DNA of 64,000 nucleotides from Cyanobacteria bacterium J06627_8 (GTDB lineage Bacteria; Cyanobacteriota; Cyanobacteriia; CAKZMO01): NCBI GenBank assembly GCA_038520475.1, contig JBCBLF010000001.1, positions 9,509 to 73,508 of the forward strand, read 5' to 3'. Shown piece by piece: positions 61,056 to 64,000 of this stretch (position 1 is its first letter; each line of letters starts with the position of its first letter). The notes under the pieces were generated by a model. It saw only the letters and a program-made list of their open reading frames with translations, ran no database searches and was not told where the DNA came from. The position numbers and the translations under genes were made by a program.

Positions 61056-61976
61056 CTAGAGCGTAAAGAGTGCATGAAGCTCAGTTCGTGTTGGCATGGC
61101 AGATTGAGCGCCCTTACGGCTTACAGCTACTGTAGCAGTCGCTGTGGCCCACTTCAGGGAATTCCGAAGAGATTGTTGATTGGCAAGGGCAGCAGCCAAT
61201 CCTCCATTAAATGCATCCCCCGCTGCAACAGTATCGACCACCTCAGTTGGATAACAGGGGGTATGAATCATCTCATCTGGCCCTGCAACACATAGAGAAC
61301 CTTGTTCTCCCATCGTAATAACGACAATATCTGGGCCGTGGCTGCGAAGACGATCAGCTGCGCGCTTGGCATCATCTAGGTTGTTGATCGGAAACCCAAC
61401 CCATTGAGCTGCTTCAAGTTGATTAGGGGTGAGAATTGTAATGTGTTTGAGTAAGCCCTCTGGAATGTCGGCTGAGGCAGGAGCCGGATCGAGCATGACT
61501 GTCACTCCATGCTTGGCCGCAAGCTCAGCCGCTGCAATCACCGTTGGAATCGGAATTTCTAGCTGAAGCATTAGAATTTTTGCCCCAGACAAACAGTCAT
61601 TCAGGTGACCCAGATTGTCTGCCCCAACCAGTTCATTAGCCCCTGGAACAACGATGATCCGGTTATTTCCTTCGATATCGACTTCGATAGCTGCAATTCC
61701 AGATGAGGTTCCGATTGTAGTCATGATGCGATCGCAGTCGACTGCTGAGTTACGTAAGCTTTGAATCAAATGCGATCCAAATACATCGTCTCCGACACGG
61801 CCAATCATAGATACTGAGGCGCCTAATTGGGCAGCTGCAACTGCCTGGTTCGCCCCTTTTCCACCCGGTACAGTTTCAAACGATTGTCCGATAATTGTTT
61901 CCCCTACAACAGGTAGTCGGTCGACACGGGTGACCAAATCCATGTTGATGCTACCGAATACGACGATATCCATCAT
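61056..61976 (-). CDS. rbsK: Ribokinase (PfkB family)
   Basis: GGKGANQAVAAAQLG and DTVAAGDAFNGGLA motifs. Confidence 0.8.
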   Translation of the reverse strand: MMDIVVFGSINMDLVTRVDRLPVVGETIIGQSFETVPGGKGANQAVAAAQLGASVSMIGRVGDDVFGSHLIQSLRNSAVDCDRIMTTIGTSSGIAAIEVDIEGNNRIIVVPGANELVGADNLGHLNDCLSGAKILMLQLEIPIPTVIAAAELAAKHGVTVMLDPAPASADIPEGLLKHITILTPNQLEAAQWVGFPINNLDDAKRAADRLRSHGPDIVVITMGEQGSLCVAGPDEMIHTPCYPTEVVDTVAAGDAFNGGLAAALANQQSLRNSLKWATATATVAVSRKGAQSAMPTRTELHALFTL

Positions 61977-62487
61977 TTCTGCCCCAAGCGATTGGTTCGT
62001 TCATGCGCACCTTATGCCATCGTTAGCTGAATCAGTCTATATCTGAGTCAGTCCACTAGAGAGCGTTAAGGTTGCGGATGCAGCGATCGATTCTCCTAAG
62101 CCCCTTGTAGACAGCAGAATAACCGTCCATTTTTTTTGATAAATACCGAGTACTCAACCTACGATACATCTCAGTCGATTGATCATCTCTAAACCTGACC
62201 TATTTTATTTTCATCTTGCGTCGAACAGTCTGTTTGCAGCTTGTTTACGATGTCCACGAACAATCCTGATTAAGCACAGGATGAATTGCAGTCGTTACAT
62301 ACGTACAACGACGCGTTCACACCAGCATATGGACGCGATCGCTAACCGTTTTGAAGTTGTCTAGATGCTGGTCTTTCGTTTAACCCTTTCCCACGAAATG
62401 AATCGTTTCTGGTAAAGTCTTGTATTAATGACAATTGTAAGGTCGTCTTTTGTAAACTCTGTTTTAGTTCAGCTAGGTCGCTTCCCT

Positions 62488-63024
62488 ATGGTTTTAAGCA
62501 AAAAGTTTCGCCGTATTTTATCTGCGATTGCCGCTTCAGGTTGCATCGTTCTTGCAAGTGCGACTTCTGGCATCACTCAGGGGCTCCCTGGCCTGACGAT
62601 TTTTGGTGGTGTCGATCGCGAAAACGAGCTTGGGTTTCGTCTTCAAAACGAGGGGATCTTGAATCGCAGAGATCGCTACTATCTGCGTATCCCAGCAGAG
62701 AAGCTTGAACTGGCATCAGATCTGTTCATCATCACTTATCCTGAAGCATACGATGCAGATTTCGATCCAGAGGAAATTGAGCTCCGCATTAGCGGTGACG
62801 CGATCCCTGTTGATGAAGTCATTTGGGATGCAGAAAACTATTTTGTTGAGATTTATCCATCACAACCGGTTCCAGCACGGAGCCGAGTTGAGATTGTGTT
62901 TTCTAACGTAAACAATCCACGACGCACTGGGACTCACTACTTCAATGCGCTGGTCCGTGCACCTGGCGATGTGATTGGACCTCAATATGTTGGGACATGG
63001 ATTCTTAGCTTTGGTCGCTTCTAA
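62488..63024 (+). CDS. Conserved hypothetical secreted protein (cyanobacterial DUF2808-like)
   Basis: Signal-like N-terminus. The ORF track starts at 62428. Confidence 0.4.
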   Translation: MVLSKKFRRILSAIAASGCIVLASATSGITQGLPGLTIFGGVDRENELGFRLQNEGILNRRDRYYLRIPAEKLELASDLFIITYPEAYDADFDPEEIELRISGDAIPVDEVIWDAENYFVEIYPSQPVPARSRVEIVFSNVNNPRRTGTHYFNALVRAPGDVIGPQYVGTWILSFGRF

Positions 63025-63215
63025 GGTTTGCCATCTCTAGCTTCCCTAAGTGCTTGATGACATGAGTGATGGGAGGTGGAGCGGACTGCGTTCGTTCCGC
63101 CTCCCATCACTCATTTAGGGTTTCTATGGATTCAATGATGCCCGATAGCCACAATTGGAATTGCTGTTGAGTGAGATAGGCTCAGCTCCTATTCCTCTCT
63201 GGCCAATTCCCATGT

Positions 63216-64000
63216 TCACGTTGAAGATATCATCGCAGGTACATACATTGAATCAATGGAGCGGTCACTGTTGACTGTCACCACCCAATCAACTAAATCT
63301 GATCGCTGAAGCATGGGCTCAATAAATAAGGCTGGATGAAGCGATCGCCAAAAATAGCTGACGAACTCTTGAATTTCATCGTTCGACATGCCTGACTTTC
63401 CAAGTGCTTTCATTTTGTCTTCAGCTTGCTGACGCCATCGTTGGCTCAGACGATAGTCAGTCGGGTAGAGGACCATCAGCTGATCCAGCTCCTTCCAAAG
63501 CGGAAGGTAATCGGCTAACTGATTGTTCATATCTTGGGCGAATTGTCGATCGGCTTCAGTACTAATCGGTGGCGGGGCAGAGGCAAAGGCCGATGGATCA
63601 ATCGGACGGACGCCCACAAACCAACCTTCGAACAAAACGATATCAGCTCCTTCAATCGTTTCAGGCTGGATGCGATCGCCTGATCCATCATGTAAGGATT
63701 TATCAAATCGAGGAATCGAAATCGGTCTATCTGGCTCAGGCTTTTTCAACGCGTTTAAAACCTCAAGCCCCAGAGCCGTGTCGTGAGTCCCCGGCGGGCC
63801 GCGCCAACGCAACCGCGAATCTGCTGTCCGCATTGCCTGACGCTCTCGGTGGGTTTTGTAAAGGTCGTCAAGGGATAGGCTACAAACCCGATATCCTAGA
63901 TGGCTAACTAAGCTTTCTACAACATGGGCTAGGGTTGTTTTACCGGTACCTTGTCCACCCAAAATGCCCTGAATAACTGGACGGTTTATTTGTTGATGTT
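63216..64000 (-). CDS. P-loop kinase, D-glycerate 3-kinase (plant/cyanobacterial GLYK)-like; 5' end lies beyond the window
   Basis: P-loop context ...PVIQGILGGQGTGKTTLA. The frame stays open upstream to the window end. Confidence 0.5.
   Translation of the reverse strand, partial: HQQINRPVIQGILGGQGTGKTTLAHVVESLVSHLGYRVCSLSLDDLYKTHRERQAMRTADSRLRWRGPPGTHDTALGLEVLNALKKPEPDRPISIPRFDKSLHDGSGDRIQPETIEGADIVLFEGWFVGVRPIDPSAFASAPPPISTEADRQFAQDMNNQLADYLPLWKELDQLMVLYPTDYRLSQRWRQQAEDKMKALGKSGMSNDEIQEFVSYFWRSLHPALFIEPMLQRSDLVDWVVTVNSDRSIDSMYVPAMISST

Overview
This 64 kb window is chromosomal DNA from a cyanobacterium. The HIP1 octamer GCGATCGC recurs dozens of times inside genes. Housekeeping genes present include hisZ, hisF, folC, menC/menE, chlG, clpC, suhB, a plant-type ferredoxin and a D-glycerate kinase-like gene. 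I can support about 55 protein genes, one tRNA-Ser(GGA), and several repeats and hairpins. The most unusual content is at 593-8109 (minus strand), an operon-like block of three contractile-tail baseplate 'wedge' homologues: GPW/gp25-like, baseplate-J-like and P2 gpI-like. It also carries a 489-aa unknown protein and a membrane sensor with a Cache domain, a HAMP domain and a cyclic-nucleotide-binding domain (Cache-HAMP-cNMP). No sheath, tube or spike genes occur anywhere in the window. The block is bracketed by two palindromes sharing a TGTGGCG/CGCCACA core, and a tRNA-Ser lies next to it. Immediately beyond the tRNA sits a HIP1-free gene for a leaderless RTX-repeat metallopeptidase. Other notable items: a BrnT/BrnA toxin-antitoxin pair; a 1429-aa TM/coiled-coil/TPR protein with an acidic tail built from 93-bp and 21-bp tandem repeats; a three-copy dispersed GC-hairpin + TTGCCAAG element; a Rut-like hydrolase cluster; and a PEP-CTERM gene in an AT-rich HIP1-free patch preceded by a perfect 35-bp palindrome. 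No CRISPR array, rRNA or recognisable IS/transposase was seen. Functional calls rest on remembered family motifs, not on searches. Several ORF-track starts use TTG, so exact starts are approximate.
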